Positions 50,267 through 63,239 of a stretch of 64,000 nucleotides of DNA are shown in pieces. Under the pieces are notes generated by a model, which saw nothing but the letters and a program-made list of their open reading frames with translations, did no database searches and was not told where the DNA came from. A program made the position numbers and the translations under genes. The DNA comes from Dipteris shenzhenensis (lineage: Eukaryota), in the NCBI GenBank assembly GCA_047967505.1, contig CM106538.1; one strand, written 5' to 3'. Within the stretch, counting starts at the first letter, position 1. Every line of letters begins with the position of its first letter.

Positions 50267-53200
50267 TGGGGACCAAGGGGCAATGCAATTCTCAACACGC
50301 AACACATAAGTGCACAACCGACTGTCTACTTATGCCTTTCACTTCCACCGACAACTTCGTTGAGTGAATTCGTGTACATAAATACAAAGCTGATCGAGAA
50401 CAAGATGCTCCTGCTAAAGCACCGCGCTCAACTAGAGATGCTACACCTAGATGACATCATCAAAAAATACACCACCAAGCAAACAACCTTACGCGATGTA
50501 TGCTTGGCTTCATTTGCGAGCGGCTACATGGTAAAAAATGGAAGCACTAAGAAAAGAAAAAGATATAGAATAATACGCTTCAATATTATAACAAAGTGAA
50601 AGAACCTGAAAACCATCATAGGGAACTTTGCTTGTTGTACTTACCATTTCAAATGAACATGCATTGGACAACACATTCCAAACTTGGAAAGACATGTACG
50701 AACAACACTGACAGCTTATTGATTTTGATCGAGCGATGTCCAATAAGTTTGCTATTGTTCCAACAACATTAAGCACCTCCTCCAGATCCACGAGCAAAAA
50801 CCAAACTAAACTTTCTGGTGATAAATATGACTTTGGGCTTGACATGGACTCTTGAAAGAAGACGAAAGACAAGAACATGCTTCAACATTTCAAACAAATA
50901 GCTTTAGCGAATGACAGATACTATGAACAACTGAGAAAAATGAACCCTAATCAACGAATCATTTTGGACGACATCATGCTAAGGAAAAGAACAGATCCAA
51001 GTGAGCAGGTGCACCTGTTCATATCAGGCAACACAGGAGGAGGGAAAACATTTGTTGCGACATCAGTAGCGGAGGCATTACGGCCTCACTACTCGCACAA
51101 ATCTACCTCGGATGTTGACTTGCCAAAAATCTTGTTTTTGCTGGCCTACACTGGCAAAGCAGCGTGAGCAATTAATGGAAGCACAATACACGTAACACTC
51201 CATCTACCTTTGTTAACAAGTTCGTATACAAGTCTTTCTACAAAGAAGCTACAAATATTGGCTACACAATACAAAGACGTCGAGGCGATCTTAATAGACG
51301 AGATATCTTTGGTTGGAATAAATACATTCCTTGCAGGGGGCATGCGAATGAGAGAGATAAAAAAATACCATTGCAAGCCCTTCGGTGGAGAGGATGTCCT
51401 GCTATGTGGCGACCTTTGCCAAGCAAGCCTAATCAAAATCCCTACATTTTCGTTGAACAAGCGGCAAGCACACCAATGCTGGGATCATTTTGGAGAACCC
51501 ACGTCAAATTCTACGAACTGCAGTAACCAATGAGCCAAGAAAATTTAGTGTTCTTAGCAGTATTCAACAAAATAAGGACTGGAACACAAATAGAAGAAGA
51601 CATCTAGAAAGTGATCGTCACTTCCAAAGCCTTGCACAAAAGAATGACGTCCCACACTTGTTTTCACCAACAATGCGAAGGACAAACACAATGTAGCCGT
51701 CTTTGAAAGCCTGGATGCCTTTCCACACATTCTCGAGGCAACTGATGTCAGGCATAGGACTTGTAGCAAAACAGCTAGTCTATACAGCCAACTGCCTGGA
51801 ATGATCATGAAATATGCTCAGGAAACCTTGATATCAATGATGGTATCGTGAATGGGGCTGATGGCATTTTCAAGAACTCGAACATGTCATGAAATCATCT
51901 ATTGTCTAGATAGAATTGAATGACAAAAAGGCAGGTGCAAGAGCGCGTTACGAATACAAAAAAATATACGATAACAATAAGCCAACATCATGGACACTAA
52001 TACTATGCATTGCTTGCGAAGTCCAGATTGGCAACAACCAACTAAACACAATTACTAGGAAACAATTTCTGATCCAACCTGCAGAAGCTAGAAGAACAAT
52101 TCACCGATCACAGGGCCTGACATTGGAATCCCTTGCACTCAACCCAACAATAATAAGCACACATGGTCTGGTGTACATAGCAATGTCGAGAGTTCGCAAC
52201 CCAATAAATCTGTACGTCATTTCAAAACTAGAGAGCAAGCATTTAAAAGTAGACGCACAGGTCCTACAAGAACTTTTGAGATTACGAGCAAAGAGCACTT
52301 GGCAATTCAAACAATTGGATTTTGCCAAAAACGACCACCACGAAAAAACATTGCAAAGCTTGAACACATGATCATTTCAACTTCATCAGGAGGACATAAT
52401 GGGCTCCAGAAGCATCCTTGCGGCGACGACCATCTTGCGCTTGCCAGAAACACATATGCAAATACATCCCACAATGGATTTGTCATTTTTCAACATATGC
52501 TCGACATCAAAAGGACTAGGCCTAGCAACTTTTTACCGAGATGACCTGATATCGATCAAACACAAAGAAAGCTTCGAAGAAGGGTGTGAATGCATGCTTC
52601 TGGTCTTCTTGACAAATACAAAAGATAAGTTGGCGGTTCTAAACACATACATATCACCAAAAACAAAAACAGAAGCATTGCTTCAAAGTATTGTCAAAAT
52701 GCTAAGGGAAATTCTGCAAGGGGCAACGGCATATGTTGTGGTTGACTTCAACATCGACTACAATTCAGACAGAACCCCAGCAATGAGATTGAAAGAACTG
52801 TTACAAAACCACGAGATGCGACAATGGATTTTCAAAAGCACAACAATACACAGGTCTATCATTGATCACATATGGACAAACTCGAAACAAGAGAACTCAA
52901 TAAATGGAACTAGTCTGACCATTCACTACTCTATACAACAAGATTGAACCAGGTTCAATTGGCCTGCCCTGTAGTTTTTCTGTCAGGACATGATGTTCTC
53001 TCAGGTACGGAGCACTAGTGGGGGTTTTGTTACTGGAAATGTCTCACATGCATGCACAAGCGAGAGGCGGATCGGGCGACATGTGGAACGGTGCATGTGA
53101 GAGTTATCCCGCAAAAGGGAACTCAAAAATAAAGCCCCTAAAAATAAAATTTTCTCTTTGGTTGGAGTCCTTCACTAAAAGACCTGCAAACGGAAGGCCA

Positions 53201-53540
53201 ACAATACAAGCATAAAATAAAACAAGAGGCATAGGGTGTCGGGCGCACTGCCCTCAGAAAAATAGGTTTTTCTGCTCGCATCTCTCTAAAGAGGGAGATG
53301 GGGCAAGAAGGGAGAGGAGAGGGAGACAAGGGGCGAGGCGAGACCGAGTGGAGGGAGAGAGGGTGGGACTCGAGGGAGGAAATTCTACTTTTCTAAGGTT
53401 AAAACTTAAAATCAATTTAATTAACGACAAAACAATGCTTTCCTCGAGAGAAAGAAAACTCCAACTTGGGAGATTAACAACAAACGATCGACCAATTCCC
53501 CAAACAAAGGACCAAACAACAACTACATATACCCAAATCA

Positions 53541-55784
53541 ATGGCAGGCCCATTCACGAACCTTGCAGGTTTCGTTGTGGAACTAGCACACCTCCTAGTC
53601 TGTGGAGGAGCGTGGGAATGTTCTCTAAAACAAGATGTCGTCTTCCTACGCACATGCCCCCTGCCCATTTGTCTCCCCATGAAGAGAAAATGGGCTCTCG
53701 CACCCGACCGTTGCATGATTCTGAGGAACTTCTCATCGGCAGGGCTGTTTCTTGCTCCCGCCATCAACGATCATGGCAAACTGGGAGGCCCAGTGCCAGA
53801 ATTCCCACATCCTGACTGCTTATCATGTATGCCTGACGAGTTGCGTAAAGGGCAGGATTGGATGCCCACGGAATCGCCCAGTATGCTGCTTAGCGATCTT
53901 GATACCAGAAGGGTTGATAGAGTTCCCGATCATGTGAACAAAGAGCTTTACGTCGGCGACTTCGAAAAGGATTGGATCAAGCAACCATGGAAGCTGATCC
54001 TCGATAGATTAGATCGAGCGTGTGCCAAGGGTGACGTTTCGGTCTTTGCCTTTCTTTTACGGAAGTGTGGAGATGCGAAGGCTCTTGCGGAGGGCAAGAG
54101 AGTCCATGCGCACATTATCAACGGTGGCCAGGCTCACGACAGATTTTTGGGGAACCTTCTTATACAGATGTATGGCAAGTGTGGAGCTGTGAAAGATGCT
54201 TGTCGGGTGTTCGCAAACTTACATCACCGGAATGTGTTCTCTTGGGCTCTCATGATCGGAGCTTGTCTCCAAAATGGGCAGGGCAAGGAGGCGCTGAAGT
54301 TCTTTGAGCAGATGGAAATGGAGGGAGTCGAGCCAGACAAGGTAACATGCGTTCACATTCTCACCGCATGCGCGAGCCAGGCGGCTCTAGCTGAAGGTAA
54401 GAGGCTACATGCTAGCATAGCAGGCAAAGCAATTGAGTCCAATGTTGCTGTGAGTAATGCCCTTCTAAATATGTATGGAAAGTGCGGCTCTTTGGATATG
54501 GCACTGAATTTTTTTGAAAGAATGCCTGAATTGGATATAGTGTCTTGGAATACCTTACTTGCACTATATGCACAGCATGGGCAAGCTGAAAAGGCTCTCA
54601 ACCTATTTCAGCGAACGCATCTAGAAGATGCGATACCGAACAAGTTTTCTTATGTCAGTGCTCTTGATGCTTGTAGTAGACAGGTAGACCTAGCTGAAAG
54701 TAAGCGGATGCATGCCCGCATTGTCGTGAGTCAAATGGAGTCAGATGTTGTTGTTGCGACTGCCCTAGTCAATGTTTATGGAAAGAGTGGTCATTTAGAA
54801 TATGCATGGAGGGTGTTTGATAAGATGGGTGAGCGGAGTGTGGTCTCATGGTCGGTCATGATTGCAGCGTATGCCCAGCATGGGCACCTTGGCAAGGCTT
54901 ATCACCTTTTCCAACAGATGCGGTGGGAAGGTGTATTGCCAAACAAGGTCACTTGTCTCACTATTCTTGATACATGTGCCAACCAAGTAGCTTTGGCTGA
55001 AGGTAAGAGGATGCACAGCTACATTGGAAGCAGTGGGTTTGAATTGGACGATGTTGTGGCAACTTCCCTTATCAATATGTATTCCAAATGCGGCAGTCTA
55101 GTTGATGCAAGGACAGAATTCGACAACATGCCTCAAAGGGACGTAGTCTTATGGAGTGCCATGATTGTGGCGTCTGCCCAGCATGGGCAGGTGAATCAAG
55201 CCATGCAACTTTTCCAACAAATGCAGCTTGAAGGTATAACACCAAATAGGGTCACTTTTTTTGGTATTCTTTCTGCCTGTAGCCATGCTGGCCTGGTTGA
55301 TGAATGCTGGTACTATCTTAACGCAATGACGCAAGTTCATAGTATTACACCAGACGTTGAACATTATAACTGTGTAGTTGACTTATTTGGACGGTGTGGC
55401 CGGCTTGATGAGGGAGAGTCACTGATTAAAAACATGCCAGTTCAGCCTACTGCCATGTCTTGGATGACCCTGCTTGCTGCCTGCAAAATGCACGTAGATA
55501 TCGTACGTGCAGAACGAGCCACAGAAAATGTTATTCGATTGGATCCAGAGGATGCTGCCGCTTATGTGTTGCTATCAAATATCTATGCTGATGTTGGTAA
55601 GTGGAATGATGCAGCAAAACTGGCAAATAATGGAGGACAAGGCTATGAAAAGTATTGTGGTTGCGTTCAAAGCAAGGTTGAAGAGCCAGTGCATGGGGCT
55701 TCTCTAAAGGTTGAGTTATTCACACAATGGGGAAATATTGACGGACTTGCAGAGGGGGGTGGTATCAATGTTAGTGGGCTTTAG
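53541..55784 (+). CDS. PLS-class pentatricopeptide repeat protein with E domain, no DYW (putative organellar RNA-editing factor); start codon uncertain
   Basis: Repeated LIxMYGKCG..A..VF....RNVxSW triplets, LSACSHAGLVDE, HYNCVVDLFGRCGRLDE, WMTLLAAC, YVLLSNIYA. Single exon. Confidence 0.92.
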   Translation: MAGPFTNLAGFVVELAHLLVCGGAWECSLKQDVVFLRTCPLPICLPMKRKWALAPDRCMILRNFSSAGLFLAPAINDHGKLGGPVPEFPHPDCLSCMPDELRKGQDWMPTESPSMLLSDLDTRRVDRVPDHVNKELYVGDFEKDWIKQPWKLILDRLDRACAKGDVSVFAFLLRKCGDAKALAEGKRVHAHIINGGQAHDRFLGNLLIQMYGKCGAVKDACRVFANLHHRNVFSWALMIGACLQNGQGKEALKFFEQMEMEGVEPDKVTCVHILTACASQAALAEGKRLHASIAGKAIESNVAVSNALLNMYGKCGSLDMALNFFERMPELDIVSWNTLLALYAQHGQAEKALNLFQRTHLEDAIPNKFSYVSALDACSRQVDLAESKRMHARIVVSQMESDVVVATALVNVYGKSGHLEYAWRVFDKMGERSVVSWSVMIAAYAQHGHLGKAYHLFQQMRWEGVLPNKVTCLTILDTCANQVALAEGKRMHSYIGSSGFELDDVVATSLINMYSKCGSLVDARTEFDNMPQRDVVLWSAMIVASAQHGQVNQAMQLFQQMQLEGITPNRVTFFGILSACSHAGLVDECWYYLNAMTQVHSITPDVEHYNCVVDLFGRCGRLDEGESLIKNMPVQPTAMSWMTLLAACKMHVDIVRAERATENVIRLDPEDAAAYVLLSNIYADVGKWNDAAKLANNGGQGYEKYCGCVQSKVEEPVHGASLKVELFTQWGNIDGLAEGGGINVSGL

Positions 55785-56451
55785 TAGAGTGGCCAAGAAC
55801 TGGATCATTTTAGAGGTTGAGCCATATAAAATTAAGCAGCCATTTGCACAGGGATACGTTTACAATGCTCCTTCTATCTTGATAGCAAGTGTCAGAATTA
55901 GAGACTTCAGTGACCTTCTAGCTAGTTAGCCTTGCACCTTGCCTGGCTCATCCATCAACCTTGGGCTTCATTGATTGGCCTTCTGCAATGCGTCCTTTTA
56001 CTTTTTGCGAACAGAACCAAAGAAGCGTTTCTTAGATCATTCGAATCAGTCTAAGAAAAGAAGCTGCCTCTAGATTCTTATAGAGGAGCTCACAAGAGAG
56101 ATGATGCTTACTCATCACCATATTGGAGCATGTGGTTTATCTGAAAATCCTTGTAATTTATGTAATTTCAGAACTTGCCTTTTGAGGCTAAGTATGCTGC
56201 AGTCCTCTCCGTGCCATAACCTGCATGAGAGATGAAATAACATGCTAAATTGGGGTATCCGCCAACAGCTCTGCCATAAAAGATTTGAGCTAGCCGCTCA
56301 TCACCCAGCCATACTTGAGGTTGGGAGGTAGTTCCTCTGTCAATGAGAATCGAGATAACACCCTCCCATATTACGGGAGTTCTTTGCTAGAAGCTAAACT
56401 ATGCTTAAGGCACATCAGGCCTATGCTTGGTAGGATCCCTACCCAGAACAG

Positions 56452-56597
56452 TGAACAATGAGAGCTGAGCTTATATTTATAAGCATGCAGCCCTAAATAT
56501 GGAGGTAATGTGCTAATTTCTAAACATGAACAATGAGAGCTCAGCTTATATTTATGAGCATGCAGCCCTAAATATGGGGGTAATGTGCTATTTCTAA
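56452..56597. repeat. Two ~75-bp tandem repeats
   Basis: TGAACAATGAGAGCTSAGCTTATATTTATRAGCATGCAGCCCTAAATATGG.. occurs twice. Confidence 0.8.
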
Positions 56598-56739
56598 AGA
56601 GCATACTATTCCCACAACAGTCATGCTATTCTAAGAAGCAGCCTTCTGTATTCCTAGATCAATACGGATCTTGGATACTGAAGGTCCACCTTTAGGGCAG
56701 ACCTGTCCCACGGATGATACCAGAAGGCTGGAGAAGAAA

Positions 56740-56800
56740 CAAAGAAAGTGCTTCTATTGTGATAAGCCTGGACACATAGCAAAGGATTGCAGGCTGAAGA
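56740..56800 (+). pseudogene. Retroelement gag zinc-knuckle remnant
   Basis: Translates KCFYCDKPGHIAKDC. Confidence 0.6.
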
Positions 56801-57885
56801 CAGCTGATCAACAGGAGGACCAGTCCTAAAGGAAGAACCAACAATCAATGAAAGAGGAGCTATTTTTGGTGGTTCCCCCAAGCATCCCTAAGACGGTATT
56901 TGTAGACAGTGAGTTGACTGTCAGGATGTCAGACATTGAGGAAGAAGATACATGTGTACACATTAATTGGAGACTTCAAGATCAGAAGGACTGAGATCAT
57001 TGCAAGGCTCACTTTGATTTTATGTATTTGGTTTGCTTGGACTTCTCAACAGGAAGAGACCTGTGGGACAGGTAGAGGGGGCAGCTTTAGAACAGGGGCA
57101 TACAAAGCCTTATGCATGATGATTGAGAGTTTTGTGAAGTGGATTTCTTGGAGGATACAGAGCTGACAAGATCGGTTAACAGAGAAAGAGTTTCAGCTGC
57201 ACAAAGCTGGAGATTTAGAAGGAGACTCTCTACGACGTCGTGTTGGAGACGGGAGAGCCGCAAGTGGAGTACGGATGGGACCTTGGAAGACTCAGCCAAA
57301 CCTGAGGATTGCTCAGAGAAGCTTCCAGATGACATGGACCACGCCTCGAGAGAGCAGATACTGGAGTTTGATCTATGGGTGTTTGAACTAGACATAGAAG
57401 ACATCTTTGATGTGTTCCTCGGACCTCAGCACTCTTCCCAAGGAGCGGATGGAGTGCATTCTTCAAGGGAATTGACATCTGTAGGAAATAGGGGCAGCGA
57501 AAGGGATGGAGAGGCTGCCATGTGGGCAACACGTGGGCAGCACACCATTGCCCTTGTATTAAATAAAGGTCCACACTTTAGGGCAGACCTGGCAGTAGAT
57601 AGCCATTGCTGTGGCCATCCCTTGGGCCACACATGGGCATTGTTAGGGCTTGATTACAGCTAGTATATGGCCCCTTTGGAGGAGTAGATAAGGCTGTACA
57701 CAGGTCTGTATAGAGCAAGGCAGAATATGGTGAAAAATTGGAGGCCTGGGGGGTTTTTTATAGCCTGCCCTGGTCAGCCAGTCCACAGATTGGGTTGGTC
57801 AGGTTTACAGGCCAGTTGGTTTGTTACAGACTGGTCGGCCAGTCTGTGGGTGCGTTCCAGTCCTATTAAAAGCCCAGATACAAGG

Positions 57886-60800
57886 TGTTGCATCCCCACT
57901 AGGATCTAACTGTAAGGACGGTCCAAACATAATCATCAAAGATCAGCAGGCGACTAACCTCCTAGCCACCCCCGAGTACGTGGGCTAGAGTTCACAGACT
58001 CCCACTCCCACATAGCTCTGGCATCCCATACTACTAGAACCCGGCCACAATAGTATCCCATGATCTGCCATGTATAAGGCATGAGTCTAGGCTCAATTTG
58101 GCTAAGTATAGCAAATTGGCCCTTTGCTAATGTTCCAAGTTCTCTAGGGCCACGTTAGCCTGCTTCCCTTAATCCCAAGGTCCCCTAACCCTGTTGGATT
58201 AAGTCGACTAATTTGAGGATTAGCATTTAGGTACATAACATTCTTTCCCTCTTTTAAGAGTTTACTCTTAGACGAAATTCGGAAGGTTCTTCTGTGAACT
58301 AGCAATTGACTCCCAAGTTGAGTCCTTAGGCCTATCCTTCCACTTAACTTTGAACTCCGGAATTAACTTATTCCTAAGTTTCCTTTCCCTGAAATTGATA
58401 ATCTTGTAGGGTTCATGTGGAACGTAGGTCAAACCCTCAACTTCTATAAGTTCTTGGGGCGAAACAAGACTGTCTCCAGCCCCCAGTACCTCTTTCAGCA
58501 AGTTGATGTGAAAGAATGGTGTAAGTTTTACATGCGGAGGCAATTCTAGATATTTCTTTAAACACTTCCTGCCAGAAGTGCCCATAGAGCTTCGAATCTC
58601 CGTCACTAACTATATCACAAGGCTGCCCATACAACCTGAACCAAACTGATGAGCCAGTTTAGTCCTTACAGTGTCTTTGTAGGTAAAAATTTAGTAGCCC
58701 TTACAGTTGTCTTTGTAGGTAAAAATTTAGCCATCTTCATCACTCTATCCACCAAACCCACATATGCCCCTGCTTGTGGTAATCCCACAATGAAGTCCAT
58801 GGGAATGCTCTCCCATTTACTTCCAAGGATGTCTAGCGGGTGCAACAATTTATTTATGTGACACTGCCAGCATTTACCACATAGTTAATAATCTTGGCTT
58901 CAACCTAGGCGAGTAAAACGTCCATTTACTAAGTCCTAGGCTCGCTGGATTCCCGGAGGACCTGCGATTGGAGCGTCATGACATTCATAAGCTAACCTTT
59001 ATGTCATTAGGAATGCAAGCCATTCCATTTCGGAACAGCAAGCCATTTTGAATGTAGAACTGACCCCCTGCCACCTGAATAGATTGTATGACCCCTCGGT
59101 CTTAGTCTATTTGTGTGGAGCTTCTTGTCTGCTAATACCGATTGAGATAACTGTGGGTTCTACATAGCCCTCTCAGGGAATCATAAAGGTCAGCTCCTAT
59201 CTTGGTAAAACTCAAAGAGTTTACCTCACCAATGGAACTCAAAACATGGTCAATCTTGTTCAAGCTACCCTTCCAATATCTAGTTTCCATATTAAAACCT
59301 TGCAGCTATTCAGCCGGCGGTGCCTTCTTTCTCCTCCACTCAGGCCTATCACATATGTATTTGATAGACTCATTGTCTGTCAATACAACAGATTTGGCTC
59401 CATATAGGTCCTGTCTCCAAGTTCTGAATGCATAAATGACTGTTATAATTCTTCTCCTGAGTCAGCCACTGGAGCTGAGTATCATCTAGCTTTTTATTCT
59501 CAAAAGCTGTGGGAGAGGAAGAGATGGACTCTGTAGAGGATAACCCTGTCCAATAGATGCGAATCTCTGTTGTATCTCCGAGCAAGATGGCAGCAACAAT
59601 TCACTATTCAATAGGTTTCAACCCGATCTGCTCCTTGTCACTTGCCAAAGGTTTGCTGGTCTCCAGGGCCTAGCTCTCAAAGTCACAATTGTTCGTTGAT
59701 GATGGAGAGGGGCAGCACTTAATGTGCAAGTCAGTTGCTTATGGCAGTATCAAAATGTTCGCACGGTTTAATGGTGCTCTAGACGCTTTGCTTTTTTGGA
59801 AAGGAGGCTTCAAAAGCTTCTAAAATTATTCCTGATCTTTCTCAAAAGCTCTGCAAGCTTTTCTCCTGGGTTTTGGCCTTCAGGCCACGCTGCTGCGAAT
59901 TGTCATTGGCCTATGAGGAATTTCGACTGGTTTCCCTCCCTGTTTCACCCATTTTCCAGCTATACAGTCAATCAATTTCTGCTGCACCTAATGATGATCA
60001 TTCAACAACTAATCGAACCCACCCTAACCACAGCTAATCTACTTGGTAAGTTTGCATCACTTGCAACAGTTAATTCGCATGGAATCTGGGCAGTAACGGT
60101 CCTGGCCATGACCTTAGGGGGTTCTACAGCAGACTGCACTGGCTTTTTATCGTTCTAATCATCATTGTGAATTGCAGTTCATCCAGGCAGGTTCTAGCTT
60201 CAACAATCAATTGTTTTGGCAGCAAGGCACCTTCCCAAAAGCCTGCGAATTGATATTTGAGGTCTAGTTTTTACCAGTTCACGGACCTCCTATGCCAACA
60301 AACTTACTACAGCAGTACGCCCCTCCATTCTCAAACAACTAACAGCTCTATTTCATTCACAATCCGTCGTACAATCCCCCCTTTGCAGGTTCATCACCCC
60401 TTTTGGGTTCTTGTACAGAATTCTACTGCGAACTGTTCCCTACACCATACTTCATCAATTGCAATGAGTCCTATCTCAAAATACTGCGTCAACTTGCAGA
60501 AATACGGCAACTGCCAAACATATACTTGGCACCATTCGAACTGCATACCTTGCATCGATTCACTGTGCTGATACCAACTGTTGCAACTTGCATCCCCGCT
60601 AGGATCTAACCCTAAACACAGTCCCAACACAATCATCAAAGATTAGCAAACAACTCACCTCCCAGCCACCCCCGAGCACGTGGGCTAGAGTTTAGACTCC
60701 CACAAGGCTATGCCTATAGCTATGGTGTCCCATACCCAAAACTTGTCCACAAGGTGTACCGTGTCCCATACCCAAAACTAGTAAGGTTTAAGATCTAGAC

Positions 60801-61034
60801 CAGACCATCCAGTGGTGTGTACATATTGAATGCCAACACAATATCCTTGGCCACTCTTATATAGAAGAGCATCCCGCTTTATGGAAAGCGTCCTTGCTCA
60901 ATATAGCCAATTGGCTCTTTACTAATGTACCAAGTCCACTATCCACCCATTAGTGTCCTTTTCTTAATTCCAAGGCTTCCTAACTCTATTGGTTTAAGTC
61001 ACTAATTAGTGGATTAGCGTCTAGGTACATAACA
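57886..61034 (-). mobile_element. Old, internally deleted Ty3/gypsy chromovirus
   Basis: Diverged LTRs 57886-58240 and 60579-61034. TSD CAAGG (57881-57885, 61035-61039). PBS-like GCTGATACCA (on +) before 60579. Integrase (WESIPMDFIVGLP) and chromodomain (EFKVKWKDRPKDSTWE) fragments. Confidence 0.88.
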
Positions 61035-61339
61035 CAAGGCATTTAGTGAAGGCATTTACAGACTGTAGATGTGGCCTTTGGAAGTGCACAAAGCTACTAG
61101 AGAACGTAGAGAAAGGCAACATTATACTGCTAGCAGATCTAGCCCTCAAAAGTGCACCAATGCGCTGTAGAAGCTAGGGAGGCACTTTTGTAGTGTGCCT
61201 TGGTGCACTTCTGTAGTGCCTTGATGAACTTTTGGTCTCCATAAGTGCACAAAGGCACAACATACAGCCAAGAGATCCAGCTAGCAGAAATGCACCAAGG
61301 CAAGGGCGAGCGGAATTGCAGAAGAAAGGCAAAGGCAAA

Positions 61340-63239
61340 GGAGAAGTTGCGGGTAGAGAGTGTGGCTACTTCCCAGGCAAAGGGTGGGCATCCAGGGAGT
61401 GCCCCCTATGCACGCCCACAAACGCTAGAGGACGAGACCTTCTTCGATCTTCCGGAGGACCCACAGGGGACTGGGGCCTAGGACACATCCACAGGCTCAG
61501 TAGCAGGATGTGGGATCCTTCGATGTTCTGTTGTGAGCCGCCCCACCTACCAGGCCCCCTCCGCCTCCGGAGGTAGAGGCCTTGGGACCACAGCAACCGG
61601 TTCAGCAAAGGTGCTCTGGAGTTGCAGTAGCTTCAGGGTCAGCCTCTTCTTCGTCTAGCTGCCCTCCCCCACTTGTCCTTCTCCCGCCTCCTCCCCCTCC
61701 CTTGCATTCATCTTCCCTCTTGCCTCTGCCTCCCGCTGCTGCAGCTTCGTCGCCACCCGCCCTTCCCTCTCCCTTGCTCTACCCCCTCTTCTTCCCGTGC
61801 AGTCCCTTCCCCCTACCCCGCCTCCTCCACCCCTAGCTCCTTATCCAAGCCGGAGGTGGCCCCCCACCCCCCGGGTTGGGGGAAAGTAGGGGCCTCTCTC
61901 CGTAGCCTACCCTCCTAGGTTTAGACTCCCCACCCCCAGCAACAGACCAGATCTACCCAAGACGAAACTTCTTCGACCACCTTTGGAACATGTGGTTGCT
62001 TCTTTCAGCCACCGGGTCCTAGACCGCACCCTGGACAGCCATTGCTTAGGGAGTTCTGGAGATTGGGACCTTGGAATTATCTTGAGGTCCCTGATGCGTA
62101 TCCTCTGTTGCTGGAGATGACTGTGCTGGTTTTACATCCCCTCGAACGAGGGTCTATCGGCTTGGTTGGCTCCCGTACCCGTCCTTTTTGGGGGTGCATT
62201 TTGCCTCCACTAGAGAGGACGAGTGGACCCCGTCCTTGTTTGACTGTATGATGGGTGAGCAGATGTATCGCATGATGGAGCAGTGGATGGGTCCATAGGG
62301 GATTGACTTATGGCTCAACCATGGGGACTCTGTCATTTATTAGCTTGGCTTTCCTGCATCGTGTCCGCGAGAGGGTTTGGCAGCTGTCGTGATCTGTCTG
62401 CCCCCGGAGGTGGGGATCACGCATTTGACCTACTGGACGCTTCAGCTGCAGACTTGGGCAGATGGTAGATGGCTGGGACACTTCTCTAGGACAGCTATCC
62501 CTCTACGGGTCATGATGCGGCATGATAGTGGTTGAGTCAATTTCTTCAGAGTAGGGACGGGGCGACTTCTCGAGTCACTGTTAGAGGGAGACCCAACGGT
62601 GGATGGAAGCCTTGACTCATTACATTGGTAGTTGATCAGGATAGTGGGCCTTTTAGGCAAGTCATGGTTTATCGACCCCCCAACATCCTAGATCAGGAGA
62701 CCCCTCGGTGGCGACTGGCTTTGGGAAGATCCTGAGGATGGTGTGTGGGAGATAGTGGCCAGCATCATGGCATGGAACATCTGGGTTGCACGATGCAGCC
62801 TAGTATGGGAGGTCTTCAGGTTCCACTGGCAGCCACTCTGGTTGCTATTTAGCAGGATATCATCTATACTCAGCGCGCCATCTATTAGCGTGGGCCATCA
62901 CATTCTATTTGGCAGGATATCATCTATACTCTGCGTGCCATCTAGGAGCTTGGGGCATCAGACTCTAGAGCTACCGCCGAAAGGTGGAAGAGTTTCTGCA
63001 AGGCATAGCCTGCAGGTATTTTTTACATTCTCACGCCACGAGGGATTCACTGGTGTATAGTCTCCCCCCCAAGGTTGCTAGTCCCTACCCTAGAGATACC
63101 CTAGGCAGTGAGTTTGGTTTTTAGGATGCAAGCTGGCTTGTGCCAAGCTTGAGGGTCTTTCGGTCGGCGCGTTTGGGATAGCTGACTTGTATTGTTTTTC
63201 AAGCATTGATAGAAAGCTATTTTTTCATGTTTAAAAAAA
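61340..63239 (+). mobile_element. Heavily decayed LINE remnant
   Basis: Degenerate knuckle (ECGYFPGKGWASRECP), LINE ORF2 C-terminal motif WEIVASIMAWNIWVARC, and a short poly(A) at 63233-63239. Confidence 0.5.

Larger units (their letters stand above)
43960..52947 (+). mobile_element. Decayed Helentron/Helitron2-like rolling-circle transposon (Rep-helicase-AP endonuclease), split by a copia insertion; termini not defined
   Basis: N-terminal GQLGLHGSIVNV...VLPR. Rep FVTELQSRDSQYDHGLIW, CRFGFPRP, ASYCTSYMTK. Pif1 GNTGGGKT, TGKAA, LIDEIS, PFGG..LCGD, TIHRSQGLTL, YIAMSRV. Endonuclease LNT, ETH, DFNID, IDHIWTN. Confidence 0.85.
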
